Positions 31,817 through 48,165 of a DNA stretch of 64,000 bases are shown piece after piece. The notes beneath the pieces are model-generated. The model was given only the letters and a program-made list of their open reading frames with translations. It was not told the DNA's origin and made no database searches. The stretch lies in NCBI RefSeq assembly GCF_009914755.1, contig NC_060947.1; one strand, written 5' to 3'. Both the position numbers and the translations under genes were made by a program. Within the stretch, counting starts at the first letter, position 1; each line of letters opens with the position of its first letter. The DNA comes from the human T2T-CHM13v2.0 reference genome, Homo sapiens.

Positions 31817-32179
31817 TAATATAGTTTGGCTATATCCCGACCCAAATTTCATCTTGAATTGTAGCTCCCATAATTTCCATGTGTCATGGGAGGGACATGG
31901 TGGGAGGTAATTGAATCATGGGGGCAGGTCTTTCCCATGTTGTTCTCTTGATAGTGAATAAATCTCATGAGATCTGATGATTTTAGAAAGGGAAGATCCC
32001 CCGCACACATTCTCTTGCCTACCACCATGAAAGACATAACTTAGCTCCTTATTTGCCTTCTGCCATGATTGTGAGGCCTCCCCAGTCATGTGGAACTGCG
32101 AGTCCATTAAACCTCTTTCCTTTATAAATTACCCATTTGGGGCATGTCTTTATTAGCAGTGTGAGAACAGACTAATACC
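31817..32179 (+). mobile_element. THE1B solo LTR
   Basis: THE1 body with exact TSD GTAGT (31812, 32180). Confidence 0.88.
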
Positions 32180-32204
32180 GTAGTCTTATTTTTAAAATAT
32201 TTTA

Positions 32205-32497
32205 TCATGGCTAAATATCCTAAGGAAAACGACTCGGAAACAGAAAGACAATTACTGCGTTTTCTCACAAGTGGCAGCTAAGTAATGTGTACAATGGACA
32301 AAGAGAGTGGAAAAATAGACACTGGACACTTGGAAGGGTGAGAGGCTGGGAGAGGTGGGAGGGCAAAAAATTACATAATGGGTACAATGTACACTATTCA
32401 GGTGAGGGGTAAACTGGAAGCCCTGACTTCACAACTATGCAACATATCCATGTAACAAAATTGAGCTTGTGCCCTATACATTTATACAAATAAAAAC
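32205..32497 (+). mobile_element. L1MA-type 3' end
   Basis: GGGTACAATGTACACTATTCAGGTGA ... CCATGTAACAAAA ... AATAAAAA. Confidence 0.75.
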
Positions 32498-32672
32498 AAT
32501 AACATATTTAACATATTTTAAATACAATAATAAAAGTTAATATAATATACAGTAAGGCATTGAATAAAATGTAGAAATGCGGTAAATAGATGGTCCTCAG
32601 ATAACTACATTAGGCCTATGATAAGCAAAGAGTGGCTAGGCAAAGCCCCCTAAACGAGTCAAGGAAAGTCTA

Positions 32673-33010
<338 letters not shown>

Positions 33011-33129
33011 ATGCTTGTGTAGGAATATTTCTGCTCAGGCATAATCCCACAGGGCAGTCATTTCACCCTGAGGTGGTTTAGCTTCCTGCAGGGGACATGT
33101 AGAAAAGTCTAGAGACATTTAAAAAATGT

Positions 33130-33770
<641 letters not shown>

Positions 33771-33794
33771 AGGTTTGCTATTGCTTTTCTTCTC

Positions 33795-34310
33795 TTTTAT
33801 TTTTTATTTCAACTTTTATTTTAGGTTCCAGAGGTGCACGTACAAGTTTGTTACTTGGGTATATTGTGTGACGTTGAGGTTTGGGGTACAAATAATTCTG
33901 TCACCCAGGTAGGGAGCATAGTACCCAAAAGTTAATTTATCAGCCCTTGTACCCCTCTATGCTCTCCCCTTTAGTAGTCCCCAGTGCCTATTGTTCTCAT
34001 CTTTATCTCCTTCATAATTTAATGCTTAGTTTCTACTTAAGGATTAGAACATGTGGTATTTGGTTTTCTGTTCCGGCACTAATTTGCTCAGGATAATGGC
34101 CTCCAGTTACATCCATGTTTCTTCAGAGAACATTATTTTTCTCTTTTTTAGTATTGCATAGTATTCCACGGTGTATATGTACCACTTTTTTGTTTTTTTT
34201 AAATCCAATCCACTGTTGGTGGGCATCTAGGTTGAGTCCATGTCTTTGCTATGGTGAATCACGCCGTGATGAAAATACAAGTGCATGTGTCTTTTTGGAA
34301 GAACAATTTT
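33795..34310 (-). mobile_element. Older L1PA/L1PB 3' end
   Basis: CAACTTTTATTTTAGGTTC terminus, TTTGGTTTTCTGTTCC, GATAATGGCCTCCAG. Confidence 0.8.
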
Positions 34311-34529
34311 TTTTATTTCTTCATCTTTTTTTTAGCCTTTCTAAATAACCTTGTTTTAGGTATATTTCTTGTGGATGGCCTATCTTGGGGTGCTTCTGTA
34401 TGGGCCCATTGATTTTTTTTTCTGTCTCTCAGTAAATGAGATAAGTTCCTTGCACATTAATTGACATGTTTGATGTATTCAGTCTCTGTCACCATATAAT
34501 TCTATGCATCATGTTAGATTTTCTATATT

Positions 34530-34959
34530 TTGTCATGGATGAGCACCAGCCCTCGGGGGCTGGTATTGCAAGGGTAGTAAAGTAATTTACCAAGATAATG
34601 GCAGGTAAAGAAAGGCAGATTTATTAGAGAAAGTGTGAAAATGCATTGCAAGGGTGAAATGGGCAGACCAGCCAGAGAGAAGCTGACTGTCAGGAAACAA
34701 AGGCTTGCTGGGAATTTTATGGAATGATGTTTATGCTGAAGAGTGGTACATGCAGTGCTCATAATGGCACGGTTGCAGTGAGCTAACTTGCAGGTGTCTG
34801 GCGATAGCTGGGCACAAGAAGATTGTGAGTTTTTTGCCCAGGGGGGCTATGGGTCCTGTACTATGAAGAAAGACAGACTTACAGCTTATCTGCTTTCTGT
34901 TTTTGCTTTCCCTCAGTCTCACCAGACTGACTCCTTTTCCCTAAGTAGGACTCCACACA
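34530..34959 (-). mobile_element. ERV1-type solo LTR (MER67-like)
   Basis: TG...CA termini; antisense AATAAA within GGCAGATTTATTAGAGAAAG. Family assignment is from recall. Confidence 0.6.
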
Positions 34960-35464
34960 TTTCTCTATGCAATAGTTACTCATTTTTCTTTAATTTGTAT
35001 TATGCCCCGATATTTGTCAAGCTGGAATTTTTGTAATTACCGTATCTTAGATTTATTTATGGTGTGTTATAGGAGTAGATGAACATTACGTTAGGTGAAC
35101 ACTGTAGCTACCTACCCGCATCCAACTGGTTTATTTCTCTCTACCCTCTCTCCAAGTCCTAAGACCGGCACTGCCTTCCTGGCTTACTCTCTCTTTGATA
35201 GTCTATGTCTAATCCACAAACAATGAATCTATCCTTTGCAGTCTTGTTTACTCAAAGAAGAGAGAGGTTAAAAAAAAATCTCATTAACTACTATTACAGT
35301 CATTAAGAAAATCAGTCACTTATATAAGGAATCATGATATTTCTAGAAGGAACTGAGGTGTTGTGATGTTATCCAATTTTATATCAGTTTAAAATGGCAG
35401 AGAGGAAACAACTCTTTTGAGTAGGCGAATGTTTCCAACATTCTGTTCTGACCTATGATTTTAA

Positions 35465-35800
<336 letters not shown>

Positions 35801-36985
35801 GTTTCCTTCTTATTAAATTAAATTTTATTTCCAGAAAAATAAGTGCCTCAATTTTTTTTTACTGAACTATATTGCTTTAAAACATCCCATGAAATTCCAG
35901 AGAAACAGATTAAAATTTCAAAGAATAACCTAAACAAAAGATTAACTTTGTACCTGCATATAAAGCAAAAATGCAGGATGCTATAGTCTTAAAGGGACCT
36001 AAAGGAAACTAAATGTACCATTGTGGATATTGTATTACAGAAAGCACAAGAGATAAACTGTACCAATAAAATATCACATTATTGTTTTATTCGTAGCAGA
36101 ATCAAACGCAGCTGCATGTACAACGAAACACCCACAGGAATCATGAGTGTTGGAAAATCTGAAAGAAGACAAATATTTAGAAACATAATATTAAAAATAA
36201 ATTTTAATTTGGAGACTGTCAGAGTGAATTAAAAAGTAGAGTTTAAATACATGTTTGACATTTGTGCCTTATTGCAAAATTAGTTCCACTTTTCCTTTAA
36301 CACACTTCTACAGTTAATATTTCATTGCCACCAAAACAAACATCATTGGAACAATTAAAATGGGACTTCATCTCTCCATATCCTGTCTTGAGAGTTTAAA
36401 GATCCTTCAGTAGACTGATTTTCTACTTAGAGGGTGAACTCTAACCTGCATTTCTCTCCTTTATGACAAAGCAAATCTTTGCAGGTGTACAAATAATTGA
36501 GTTAGAAATGGAGAAATGAGTTACAATTGAGTAGCTCACCAGCTAAATAATAAGAAAAGGCTTAGGTGGAAAAACAGATTAAATGTAACCTGAAGATAAC
36601 AATATTTGGTCTCTATTTGTGAATTGCAGTGTATTATTTAAGAGACAGGAACCAGGCCAAGGTCTCGCTGGTAAACATTTAAAGTCAAGAAAACGCCTCC
36701 TCAGAAAAGACATTGTTTTGCAACGTTGAGAGAAAATGAATATTTTCCTCTATTTGCATTAACTTTAGTTGAACTTTTCCTTGTGGTCAATTTATTGCAT
36801 TTTTGAAACTTTTTAAAATTAAACATTTTTTTGACTTTTGCAATAGCTGGAGATTCCAGGGCAGTTGTAAAATATCATACAGATTCCACTGACCAATTTC
36901 CCCCAATGGTAACATCTTGCAAAACTAAAGCATAATGTCACCACCAGGGTAGTATTCTTGAGATGGTCATGATACAGAACAATTC

Positions 36986-37365
36986 TGTATTAGTCCATTC
37001 TTACACTGCCATAAAGAACTACCTGAGACTGATTAATTTATGAAGAACATATGTTTAATTGCCTGGCAGTTCTGCAGGCTATACAGAAAGCATGGCTGGG
37101 AGGCCTCAGTAAATTTACAATCATGGCAGAAGGCGAAGGGGAAATGAGCATATCTTCAAATGTCAGTAGGAGAGAGAGAGCATAAGGGGAAGTGCCACAC
37201 ACTTTTAAACAACCAGATCTCGTGATAACTCACTCACGGTCACCAGAACAGCAAGGGGATATCCACCCCCATGATCCAATCACTTCCCATCAGGTCCCTC
37301 ACCCAACACTGGGAATTACCATTCAACTTGAGATTTGGGTGGAGACACAGAGCCAAACCATGTCA
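36986..37365 (-). mobile_element. MSTA/B MaLR LTR inserted in an old L1M fragment (~36810-37650)
   Basis: TGTATTAGTCC ... AAACCATGTCA termini; TSD AATTC/AATGC. Confidence 0.85.
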
Positions 37366-37821
37366 AATGCCATCCTCACAAGCATCTCTTATATTGATCT
37401 TTTATAATCACACCTATTTCCCTTCTACCATGAACTCGCCTTAACCCCAGGCAACTATCAATCTTTTACTCATTTCTATACTTCTTTCATTTCAAAAATG
37501 TTATGTAAATGGAATTGCACAAGATGTAACTTTGCAAGATTGGTTTTTATCACATCGTTGGAGATGCATCCAAGTTGTTGTATGTATCAGTAGTTTTTTT
37601 TTGTTTTTTTTTTTTGCTAAGTAGATCCCATGGTATGAGTGCATCAAAGTTTGCCCAACCACCAAAATAACTAAGGAATGCTTCAGACACTATACATAGC
37701 ATAGAATTTTCAATATTGTAGCATCTTATTTACTTATATTAAAACATCGGCCTATTTTTGCTCATTATTAATTAGTTATTTGTGTGTATCAAGTGTGTAT
37801 ATTAGGTTTCTGAAAGTGTAT

Positions 37822-38185
37822 GCAAATGCTCTTTAGATTACGATGAGCTTACATCCCCATAAACACATTGTAAGCTAAAAATATTGTAATCTGAGGATAC
37901 ATTGAATACATCTAACCTACCAAACATCATAGCTCAGCCCTGCCTACCTTAAATGTGCTCAGAACACTTACATTGGCCTACTGTTAGGCAAATCATCTAA
38001 CACAAAGCCTACTTTATACTAAAGTGTTGAATATCTCCTGTAATTTATTGAATCCTGTCCTGAAAGTAAAAAACAGAATGATTGTATGGGAACTTGACTT
38101 GAAGTGTCATTTCTACTGAATGTGTGTGGACTTTGCACCACTGTAAAGATAAAAAATTTGCAAAAAGTCATATGTTTTGAACTGT
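37822..38185 (+). mobile_element. Tigger4/MER46-type DNA transposon relic
   Basis: CATCATAGCTCAGCC..CCTACCTTAAATGTGCTCAGAACACTTACATT, shared with the copy near 49370-49420. Confidence 0.7.
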
Positions 38186-38576
38186 AAACTGAAGAACGGG
38201 CCCCATTCAATTATTCATGTTATATATAGTCTAAAAAATGTCTTGTGCAAAAAATGATAAAATAGATATTTAAATGATTTCTTGTATTCAATTTCAATAT
38301 AAGTCATCGTATAGGTACTGTAGATCTTATTATGGGGCATTATATAATGTATTTCTTATAAGCATACTCGAGGTTCTAACCCATGACTTAGATTTTATTA
38401 TAAATATTATTAAGATCATTTTGCTGTTAGAAGAAATATGATAACAATAGCAAGAAATAAAAACTCTTGAGGAATACTTAAGCAAATAGTTATAAGTGGC
38501 TCAGTATATATCAGGAATTTTTTAAAAACTGCAAATATTATGGCAAATAATTTGTGTTAGAGCTTTGAGGTGGGTA

Positions 38577-38860
<284 letters not shown>

Positions 38861-39134
38861 GGAGGTGGGCATTTTTGGTAGTCACTCCATGTCACAGAAG
38901 ACAAATGTTAGGCAATAAAAGTTGAGTAACTTGCTGAGGCTCCACAGAAGTGGTAGCCCTTGGGCTGAACCCATTACCCTTGATAGTTGCAGTTCTGCAT
39001 CCTGCTGCAAAACCAATTAAACTAGAACCTTTGGGGAAGTGGGGAGAGTTTGCTGGTCGGAGTATCTTCAAACCTCCAAAAAGCCCAATACAGAGGATAT
39101 GTAGCTGTGTTTTTGTGCTATGCCAGGTGCAGAC

Positions 39135-39262
39135 CTTGGACCAGCTTGATCAGCCTCACCAGAGAGCTTGTTGAAAATGCAGAACCAGCCCAGAGCTGCC
39201 TCATCAGAGTGTGCCTTGCAATAAGATCTGCAGGTGATCTCTATGCATATTAGAACTTGAGA
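39135..39262. mobile_element. MER5A-like hAT MITE fragment
   Basis: GAGCTTGTTGAAAATGCAGA ... CAGGTGATCTCTATGCA. Confidence 0.6.
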
Positions 39263-39519
39263 CATACTATTCTATGCCATCATTCTTAACCATCAATCTT
39301 ATTAGCTGCTTATTCTTTCCAACTGAAGAGCTGATTTATGTTAGAGGAGGAGATCTAATCTCCGAAGAGTTTGCGTCTGTCTCCCATCACAGAGGCATAC
39401 ATCCTGGAAGTGCTCTGGTTGGGCTAGGGTGGCTCAGGTGCTCTGTAGAGGAACAAGGCAATTTACTGATGGATGCTGAGGTGAGAAGGGACAAGCGACA
39501 CATCTCTCCACTGAAGTAG

Positions 39520-39905
39520 TGTCATGGGCTCAATTATATGGCCCCAAAATTATAACCTGAGGTCTCTAACCTGCCTTTACCTCAGAATGTGACTGTGTTT
39601 GGAGACAGGACCTTTAGAGATAATTATGTTACAAAGAAATCACTAAAGTGGACCCCAATCCAATAAGACTGGTTTCCTTTTAAGAAGAGGCCATTAGGAC
39701 ACAGACACTCACAGAGGGACAAACACGTGAGGACACAAGGAGAAGAGAGTGTCTACAAGCCAAGGAGAGAGGCCTCAGGAGGAACCAATGCTCTGACACC
39801 TTGATCTCATACTTCCAGCCTCCAGGACTATGAGAAATATATTTCTATTGTTTAAGCTGCCCAGTCTGTGGTATATGGTTGTGGTAGCTCTGACAAACTC
39901 ATACA
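39520..39905 (+). mobile_element. MLT1B-like LTR
   Basis: Homologous to 25969-26349; TG...ATACA termini. Confidence 0.8.
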
Positions 39906-40754
39906 AATCGTATAAATACATCAAAACAAGCAAATAAAATTGTTTTTTTAAATGTATTTTCTATTTATTACAGCAGTAATAACAAAGCGTCGGGTGATTT
40001 TAGCATTATTAAGATTCTAAAGATGCATATTTACACATGAGAAACTGTGTCATTATAACAAACCACATATTAGAAAAACAATGTTTTGAACTTATTAGGT
40101 ATGCTTTTGCCTCATCCCAGAAGAAAAAAGAGAATAGCCTCATGGCATTCATATAAATGATGGAGTGTGATTAATTTTACATTTCACCAAGAGAGCTTCA
40201 AATCCTATTTTCTGGACATAGAATCCTGTTTTTAAGGAGAGCTGCCATCTGAAACAATACTCATTAATTGCACAGGAGATAACCCCTAGCTCTGGTTTCT
40301 AGTTTGCTTGCACAGAGAACTACAGGCATATAAAATTCTAGGATATAGGCCATGTTTGAGAAAAGAGCTAATATACCATTTTAACACTTTCATGCTTTCA
40401 GGCCATAAGCAAGCTGTTTCACTGTTTGCAAACATTACAATGGATTGCATATTTTTATTTGAAGAAACAGCAAAACATCTGGTATTAAAAATGCAAGAAC
40501 AAATTACTATTTGTCATCTTAGTAGTAAGTAGGCTGCATAGAGCCGAAGTAAGATTTTTGTTGGCATTACAAATGTCACGGTGCAAAACTTTCATATATA
40601 GAGTTTTATCTAGAAATGTATTGATATAGATGGATAACACATTTTGTCATTGGGTAGAGCTGTAGAATGGTACCAAAGACAGCCTCCAAAAACTTGTTGG
40701 TCACAGTGGAGAAATTTTATTTAATTCATTCATTCATTCACTCATTTTATTATT

Positions 40755-41039
40755 CATTTTATTTTATTTGAGACGGTCTCGCTGTGAAGTGCAGTGGCGT
40801 GATCATGGCTCATTGCAAACTCTGCCTCCCAGGCTTAAGTGATCCTACCTTGGACTCCCAAGTAGCTGAGACTACAGGCATGTGCCAACACACCTGACTA
40901 ATTTTTTTTATTTTTATTTTGTGGAGATGGAGTCCCACTATGTTGCTCAGGCTGTTCTTGAACCCCTGGGCTTAAACTATCCTCCAATCTTGGCCTCCTA
41001 AAGTGCTGGTATTACAGGCATGAGCCTCCATGCCTGGCT
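40755..41039 (-). mobile_element. AluJ
   Basis: Diverged antisense dimer. Confidence 0.85.
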
Positions 41040-41261
41040 TGGAGGAAATTTTAGAATGTCTATTTGGTATCTGTGAGGATTCGTAACCCAAATGAATCAC
41101 CTAGAAATAAGATTTGTCTATATCAGTATCTATGTCTATATCTTCCAAATGACTCACCCAGACAAGGTGAATTATTTCATTTGATGACATAACTGTTCAC
41201 TTGCCAAAAAAAAAATCATTGTGGAGACAAATGTTGATGCATTTCTAGCATACCCATGCTA

Positions 41262-41574
41262 CAGTAGTCACTGATTATCCATGGGGTATACGTTCCAAGA
41301 CCCCCAGCAGATGGCTGAGACCACAGGTAGTACTGAACCCTATATATAGTATGTTTTATCTGTGAATACACACCTACGATAAAGTTTAATGGATTAATTA
41401 GGCACATTAGAAGAGTAACGACAATAATATGTAATACCATAGAATAATTATAACAAAATACTGTAATAAAAGTCATGTAAGTGTAGTTTCTCTCTTTCTC
41501 TCAAAATATTTGATAGTACTGTGCTGTTGGTAACTGAAAGTGCAGAAAGAAAAACTGTGGCTAAGAGCGGACTG
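41262..41574. mobile_element. MER44 (Tigger7-derived) MITE
   Basis: CAGTAGTC..TTATCCATGGGG.TACGTTCCAAGACCCCCAG left end with a degenerate inverted right end. Confidence 0.72.
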
Positions 41575-44500
41575 ATTATTTCTCCTTTCTTTCAGTGTTG
41601 GAAGCAAATCATGTTTCTGCTTCATAGACTTTTTACATACGTGATAGGCAACTAGGTTGCAATGACGTTTCTGGCATTTGGCTTGGTAATTGATTTTTTC
41701 CCAAGCTAGGAAGGTAACAAGGTGAAACTTTCTTTTTTAAGCTGTCAGGAGAGAAACAAGGGGCTCTTCCTCAGTGGGACCAGTGGGATGGTGAATATTG
41801 ATTGGACTTCATTTCTCCACACCTTGAGAGTATAATCCCTTTAAGATGCATCCAAGTTTTTGCATATATCAATAGTTTCTTCCTTTTTTATTTCTGATTT
41901 GTTTCCATTGTATAGATGCACCACAGTTTTCTTGTCCACTAAAATAACTTTTAAAAATGCTTAAGACATCAAATGTAGCACAGAATTTTCCATTTTCATC
42001 TCTCCATACGTCTCCATGCCTTGAGAGTTTAACGATCCTTTTGTAGACAGGTTTTCCATCTGGAAAGCAGACACTCACTTGCAGTACTCCTTCTTCACTC
42101 AAGCAAACCACTGGAAGTGTGCAAATAGCAATCAGAGCTGGAAATGGAGAAACTCAGACTGGACGAAGTGTGAGAGGTGTCGTTATCATAGGTGAGTACT
42201 TGAATGTGGCAAAAAAGAGATGAGAGGACCGGGGAAACCAGAAACCCAACCTTTTTCAGGTCCATTGTTCCTCGTAGCCCCAAAGAAGGCTCATCATTTT
42301 TTTTTCTTAGCATCTGCTTCATTAACTGCTCCTCCCTGAGATAAGGAGTAGGAGAGCCTTCGTGGAGGGCTTTAAGGATGGAAAATGAGTGCTAATTCCT
42401 GACAATTTAGCGCAAGCATACAGGAAAGCACTTTATATTCTGGCTTCTTTTTACGTCTTTCTGGTTCAAAGAAAAGCATATTGAAATTTCAGAAGGTTTC
42501 CAAGCCTCAGTTCTATTGAGCATCTACTACTCTATCTACTACGTAATTCAACAGGAAAAAGAACAAGATTGAATTTATATTTGCAATGTGTCAAGAGAGA
42601 AGCTGCATCCCATTAATGCCTGCAAACACTCATATTGTCTGAATTTTCAGCTATCACTTAAGCAAGTTTTCATGATTTGGCAGAAAAGAGCTATTTGTAA
42701 GTATAGAAAATTATTGCTATTATATGATTGCTTCTTACAGGCAGTATTCTTTTTTAAATGTGATTTCTACCCTATATTATAACATATTAAGGCAGTTATA
42801 TGTTACAAAAATTGAAAAAGACTTGAAATAATTGGTTATAGTTGTGCAAGTTTAATTTATGCCATGGTCTGAGATACTCAATTAACTGGAGTCCATTTTT
42901 TTCCTCTCTCTGTCCCCTCCCCCCACTTAATTTTATTTATTGTCTGTCTTATTTTACAGAGAAAAGCATTTAAATTGAATTCAAGTAACAGAGTTTGAAT
43001 GCATGTACTGTGTGGTCATGCCTACTAAATGTAACAAACTATCTACCTGTGTTTAAGGCATAAGGTAACAACAATTCTGTGAATGATGTTACTAATTCAC
43101 AATGCTTAGGCTGTTTAACCCGCTCCATGCCTGGCATAGCCGATAGTCAATATAGTCACTATCGATGTTGTTATTTAAACACATCCTGTCCAGTTTTGTT
43201 TTACCAAAAGGATTAAGATGAAGGAACTCAGTGCTTTTCATCAAAGCATAAATTTTGACTCATTAGTGTTTCATTGTTTTGTATGCACAAAAGGTAAACT
43301 ATATATTAGCAGGCTTGGGGCATCTTCCAATTATAGCTAATCTTCATCTAGAGTGGATTCTGTTTCCTGGGGATCTAAATATATACCAGGATATGTTAAA
43401 ATTCAGATAACCAAAATATTTTTAATTCAAAATAAATGTATTGTATTTTGTCACTTTTTTTTTCTTTACAGATTTGCAAACCTTACCAAGACAATTTATA
43501 TAGGGGACACTGTTTTGAAAGAGCTTGATGGAGGAATTATATTATTATTATCACATTAGCTGGTAGATACTTTCCGTCTAAGAAAGCAGTACTTTCTCTT
43601 TCCATATATGAATTCAGGATTCTTTAGCAACTATTTTTTCACACACGCAGTGTGCTAAAACTATAATGAGGTGGCTTAAAAATCAAGTTAGATTAAAGAG
43701 CTAGCTATTATTCACATGGTTGGGATAAGAATCACTGTGATGTTCTTTAAATACTAGAGAAAAAAAAAGCATGCACATAATATCAAATGAAAAACATTGG
43801 GCCCCTGTAGTGCACAGGCAGAATCCAGTTTCCCATAAAATGTAACAGCTTGATAAAACAGGCATGCCCACTTCAGGTAAACTAATAAGTCACAGTCCTC
43901 TACTGCCTCCTGAGCAAAGTATTGTTCAAAGCTGAAATACTTACATTCCTTCAGTGATTGAGGAAGGCTCATTTCTGAACCTCTTCTGAAAATGTTTGTG
44001 CTGTATACTTTGCTGCATTTTCTTAGCCACCACTGAGCAACTTGCAGACAGAAAACTTGAAAAGCTAGCTTTTCTGCTAATATTATGAACTTGATTTTAA
44101 TTAGGAAAGTTAAGGAACCCTTTTTTGGGGGGCATTATTAGCCAAATGGCATAATCTATCACTACTTTTTCTCAGCCTATTCATGAGTATAGATGATCAC
44201 TGAAAAAAAGTGATCACGGGTTCAATAAAACAGCAACAACAAGATCAACCACCCACTGGTGTTTCAGGAAGAGAATATAAACTGTTTGCTGGTCAGTGAT
44301 GTTTTGATATCAGCAGATAAAGCCCTGTAGAAAATATATGCTAAATAATTACAATAACAGATAGTACCAGAAAATACACAAATGTGTATACTATGTGTTA
44401 AAAAAAATCAGTAAAGGAACAAAGAAGTTTTCAGCAGAAGGTGGTAGAAAAAATTTTATGGAGGAAGTGGGCAGCCTGGTTGGAGTTTTGGGAGGCCATG

Positions 44501-45001
44501 ACAAGATTAAAAGCAAGAGTTGAGATAGATTTAACCCAGGTGAGGCAAACCACAGGTATTGGTTCCATTGTTTTTGCAGAACATGAAGGATGAAGATCTA
44601 TAAGATTGGATTGTAAAAGAAAGGGAAGATTTGCTTCTCTGGAGCCAGGAAAAAGATGTTAACCAAACCAGGTGCAAGAGAAAGGACACTTAGAATATTT
44701 TAAAAAGTGTAATAAAGTGAATTAGGTTTTGTGTTAAGAATAATTAAAAACAATCACTAAACTTAAATGTATATTATCCAAAATTCTGATGTGTTTTGTG
44801 TGCATTATCACAGTAGAATTTGATTTTTAAAAACTAAACAAAAACAGTCTGCATTGGGAAGTATCACAATTCTTTTTTACCGAATACTTTTAGTTTACAA
44901 ACATACTGCGTTTCCTCTGCACTTGAAACTTCAATTCTGTTTTATGTAGGAGTTTAAATACTTCATTATTGCCCTACGTTTCCTTGTCCAGCAAAACTTT
45001 A

Positions 45002-45422
<421 letters not shown>

Positions 45423-45445
45423 CTACATATTTCCTCAAACTTGTA

Positions 45446-45765
45446 CAGTCCTCTCTCGGTATCTGCAGGTGATTTTCTCCAGGACTTCCTGAGGATACCA
45501 AAACCCTCAGATGCTCCAGTCCCTCAGATAAATATCTTTTTGCCTATAACCTATGCATATCCTCTTGTATTCTTTAAATCATCTCTGATTACTTATAATA
45601 CCTAATACAGTGTAAATGCTATGTAAATAGCCATTTCACTGTATTTTCTGGATTTTTATTGTTATATTGTTATGTTTTAACTTTTTAAATTTTTTCCCAT
45701 AATGTTTTCCATCAGCAGTTGGCAGAATTTTTAGATATGGGACGCATGGATAGAGAAGGCTGATT
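45446..45765. mobile_element. MER2 (Tigger-type) MITE
   Basis: CAGTC..CTCGGTATCTGC..GGATACCAAAA ... GGATAGAGAAGGCTGA. Confidence 0.7.
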
Positions 45766-46329
45766 TTACTCCCATTTTATAAAAAGTAGAAATTATAGTC
45801 AATGTTTAAACTCACACAATTTCTAAACTACTCCACGATTCTTGATTCAAGAATAAAGGGGACTGAAAACTGAAAATATTTACATCAAATAGCTAAAGCA
45901 GAGGAGGTGAAATTGCATGCATTTGAACTCCGATTTTTCTTTTTAGGGATTTTATTGGTTGTTCTGTCTTGCTGGTCTCTTGAGAAACACCACAAAATGA
46001 ACATTAAGTATAGCCTATGGAATGTACGTGTGAGAAGCATATAAACGTCCAATGTCATCTCTAGAGAGATAAGGACTTTTCTCTGGCTCAATAATTTGTG
46101 AAAGAGTAAAAGTAAAAATGATAGCTTTCTAAAAACTACCACATTTAGTTTTATGAAGATAATTATGCTATGAGTAATCTTAGTAATCCTAGTTTTCAGA
46201 ATGTCAATGAATAAAACGAAAGTAACCTAACGTGAAAAGTTCGCCATGTGTTCATAACACTTCACTTTCATAAAATTCAGCTCATCATAAATAACAAGAA
46301 AACTTGAGCTTAATGCTAGCTGTTTAGTC

Positions 46330-46643
46330 TTCATAACAGAAGCCTAGGCGTCCAAGATCGAGGTGTGGGCAGGACTGGTTCCTCCTGAGGCCTCTCTCCT
46401 TGGCTTGGAGATGCCTTCTTCTCCCTGTGTCTTCACATGGTCGTTCCTGTGTGTGTCTGTGTCTTCATCTCCTCTTCTTATAAGGACACCAGTCCTACTT
46501 GATCAAGACTCACATCCACATGACCTAATTTTACCTTAATCACCTCTTTAAAGACTGTGTCTCCACAGTCACATACTAAGGTACTGGGGGGATTTAGAAA
46601 TTCAACATAGGAATTTTTGAGGGACACATTGTAACCCATGACA
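46330..46643 (-). mobile_element. MLT1B-like LTR, partial
   Basis: Reverse-complement homology to 39520-39905. Confidence 0.78.
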
Positions 46644-46704
46644 GATACCTTACTCCATTTTGAAGGTAAGAAATGGATTTTAAAAACTTAAATGGCTTTT
46701 CCAG

Positions 46705-46708
<4 letters not shown>

Positions 46709-46750
<42 letters not shown>
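46709..46750. repeat. (CA)n microsatellite
   Basis: Read directly. Confidence 0.95.
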
Positions 46751-47036
<286 letters not shown>

Positions 47037-47869
47037 GTGTTGTTTCGATTTTAGGCACTTAGTCATTTATAAAGTTTGTGAGTGTTTCAAGGGTATATAA
47101 CATCAAATAGACAACCAGTGGTTTCAAGACAAAACAGGATTATGTATTTAAACTGAATTAGAAGAAAATATTACCAAATACAGACTTGTTTACCAAAAAT
47201 ATATCGTTTTAGACTATTGTCTACCAAGTCTCCACTCCTCATCTCTTGATGAATTTTAATGCTGCTAATGCTTTACAATTGACCATGTAATTTTGCAAAC
47301 ACGAACATATATTTTCCCTTGTCAATGATTATATTGTGTTTATAACATAAATAGAGAAATATCTCTGTGGATAGTGCTTTGAGAAAATCTAGGCACTCTG
47401 TAGATAAGTACAAATCATTTTTAAATGGATACACACAGACACACCAGATGGAATTTTACCCCTTACTCAGAATAGTCACCAAATAAATAGAACAATGCCA
47501 ATAATATAATCATTGAAAAACATTTGTTGTCACATGTGAATGTTGAGAAATATTTTGGATGTGAAAAGATAGCGCTTTTGTAGGTTTTTTTGTCACTTTA
47601 TAGAAATAGAGGCCGATTATACATTCTTCTACATTGTGTATGTAAAATGTGCATTTTTATGGAAAAGATAACTTTGAGATATTTTATATGAAATAATATA
47701 AATCTATTCCATTCATTTGAATTTCTATTGTATCTCTCTGTACTTATATGCACTACTGTAAGTGAGCAATCTTCTCTTGGTGGAAATAAAGTATTTCAGT
47801 ATTTCGTTCAAATGTTTTATTGTTCTTTGGTCTGTTTGTTTTTTTAAAAGAAATGCATCTACTTATTTG

Positions 47870-48165
47870 TGTATTTATTTCTTTATTTAAGAGACAAGGC
47901 CTTGCTCTGTCTCCCAGGCTGGAGTGAAGTAGTGCGATCACAGCTCACTGCAGCTTTGAACTCCTGGGATCAAGCGAACCTCCCACCTCAGCCTCTCAAG
48001 TAGCTAGGAGTACACACAGGCACGACTGAGCTTAATTTTTGCTTTTATTTTTTATAGAGATAGCTAAGTTGCCCAAGCTGGTCTCAAACTCCTGATCTCA
48101 AGCATTCCTCCCATTTTTGTCTCCCAAGCACTGGGAATTACAGACAGGTACTATTATGCCCAACT
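47870..48165 (-). mobile_element. AluJ
   Basis: Diverged antisense dimer. Confidence 0.8.

Noticed and set aside
41869-42322. Minus-strand ORFs of 80 and 75 aa with protein-like composition
   Set aside because: No recognisable domain or exon chain; their length is compatible with chance.
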